Assembly (NCBI GenBank): GCA_964016885.1
Contig: OZ024743.1
Span: 377,766,001-377,830,000 of the forward strand
Length of the DNA stretch: 64,000 nt
Origin: Eledone cirrhosa
Lineage: Eukaryota
Reading direction: 5' to 3'
This document shows, piece by piece, positions 63,501 through 64,000 of the stretch (position 1 is the first letter of the stretch; each line of letters starts with the position of its first letter). The translations under genes and the position numbers were made by a program. The notes under the pieces are model-generated. The model worked only from the letters and a program-made list of their open reading frames with translations. It was not told the DNA's origin and did no database searches.

Positions 63501-64000
63501 TGTTAACTGTAAACTGTGTCAATGTTAACTCTAAACTGTCTCAATGTTAACTGTAAACTGTGTTAATGTTAACTGTAAACTGTGTCAATGTTAACTGTAA
63601 ACTGTGTTGTTAATGTTAACTGTAAACTGTGTCAATGTTAACTCTAAACTGTGTCAATGTTAACTGTAAACTGTGTTAATGTTAACTGTAAACTGTGTCA
63701 ATGTTAACTCTAAACTGTGTCAATGTTAACTGTAAACTGTGTTAATGTTAACTCTAAACTGTGTTAATGTTAACTGTAAACTGTGTCAATGTTAACTGTA
63801 AACTGTGTCAATGTTAACTGTAAACTGTGTCAATGTTAACTCTAAACTGTGTCAATGTTAACTGTAAACTGTGTTAATGTTAACTCTAAACTGTGTTAAT
63901 GTTAACTCTAAACTGTGTTAATGTTAACTCTAAACTGTGTTAATGTTAACTGTAAACTGTGTCAATGTTAACTCTAAATTGTGTCAATGTTAACTGTTAA
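60510..64000. repeat. 22-bp satellite (AATGTTAACTGTAAACTGTGTY), more than 155 copies, in the PLPP intron; runs off the window
   Basis: Direct inspection. Confidence 0.98.

Noticed and set aside
60510-64000. CRISPR-like appearance of the tandem arrays (also 34125-35780 and 40318-40756)
   Set aside because: Units are contiguous with no unique spacers, there are no cas genes, and the context is eukaryotic

Overview
AT-rich, repeat-dense eukaryotic genomic DNA, very probably a coleoid cephalopod (Octopus-like). That assignment is inferred from the CORE-type SINEs, RTE LINEs, (TA)n tracts and HTGE-x-x-HC-x-ICGKSFS zinc-finger relics. Two spliced genes lie on the + strand. One is a complete 7-coding-exon TMEM33 (19821-37092, 257 aa, all intron phases consistent). 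The other is the first two coding exons of a PAP2/PLPP (wunen-like) lipid phosphatase (47599-47707 and 58729-58880, continuing beyond the window). The rest is mobile DNA: RTE LINEs carrying a PHD-like finger inside the RT, CRE-clade fragments, CR1 3' ends, two SINE families, Helitrons, hAT/piggyBac/mariner/Ginger-like MITEs, a solo LTR, three minisatellites, and one near-full-length but decayed Penelope-like element (RT + GIY-YIG, Naiad-like) with a 3' hammerhead. The most notable signal is a set of short non-coding elements inserted in (TA)n. They show unrelated primary sequences but overlapping subsets of a common architecture: a head-to-head inverted repeat, a whole or half minimal hammerhead ribozyme, and a one-sided tail. 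The tail carries a YGAGTRCY motif that also occurs in the autonomous Penelope-like element. No database searches or folding programs were run; all calls are by eye.
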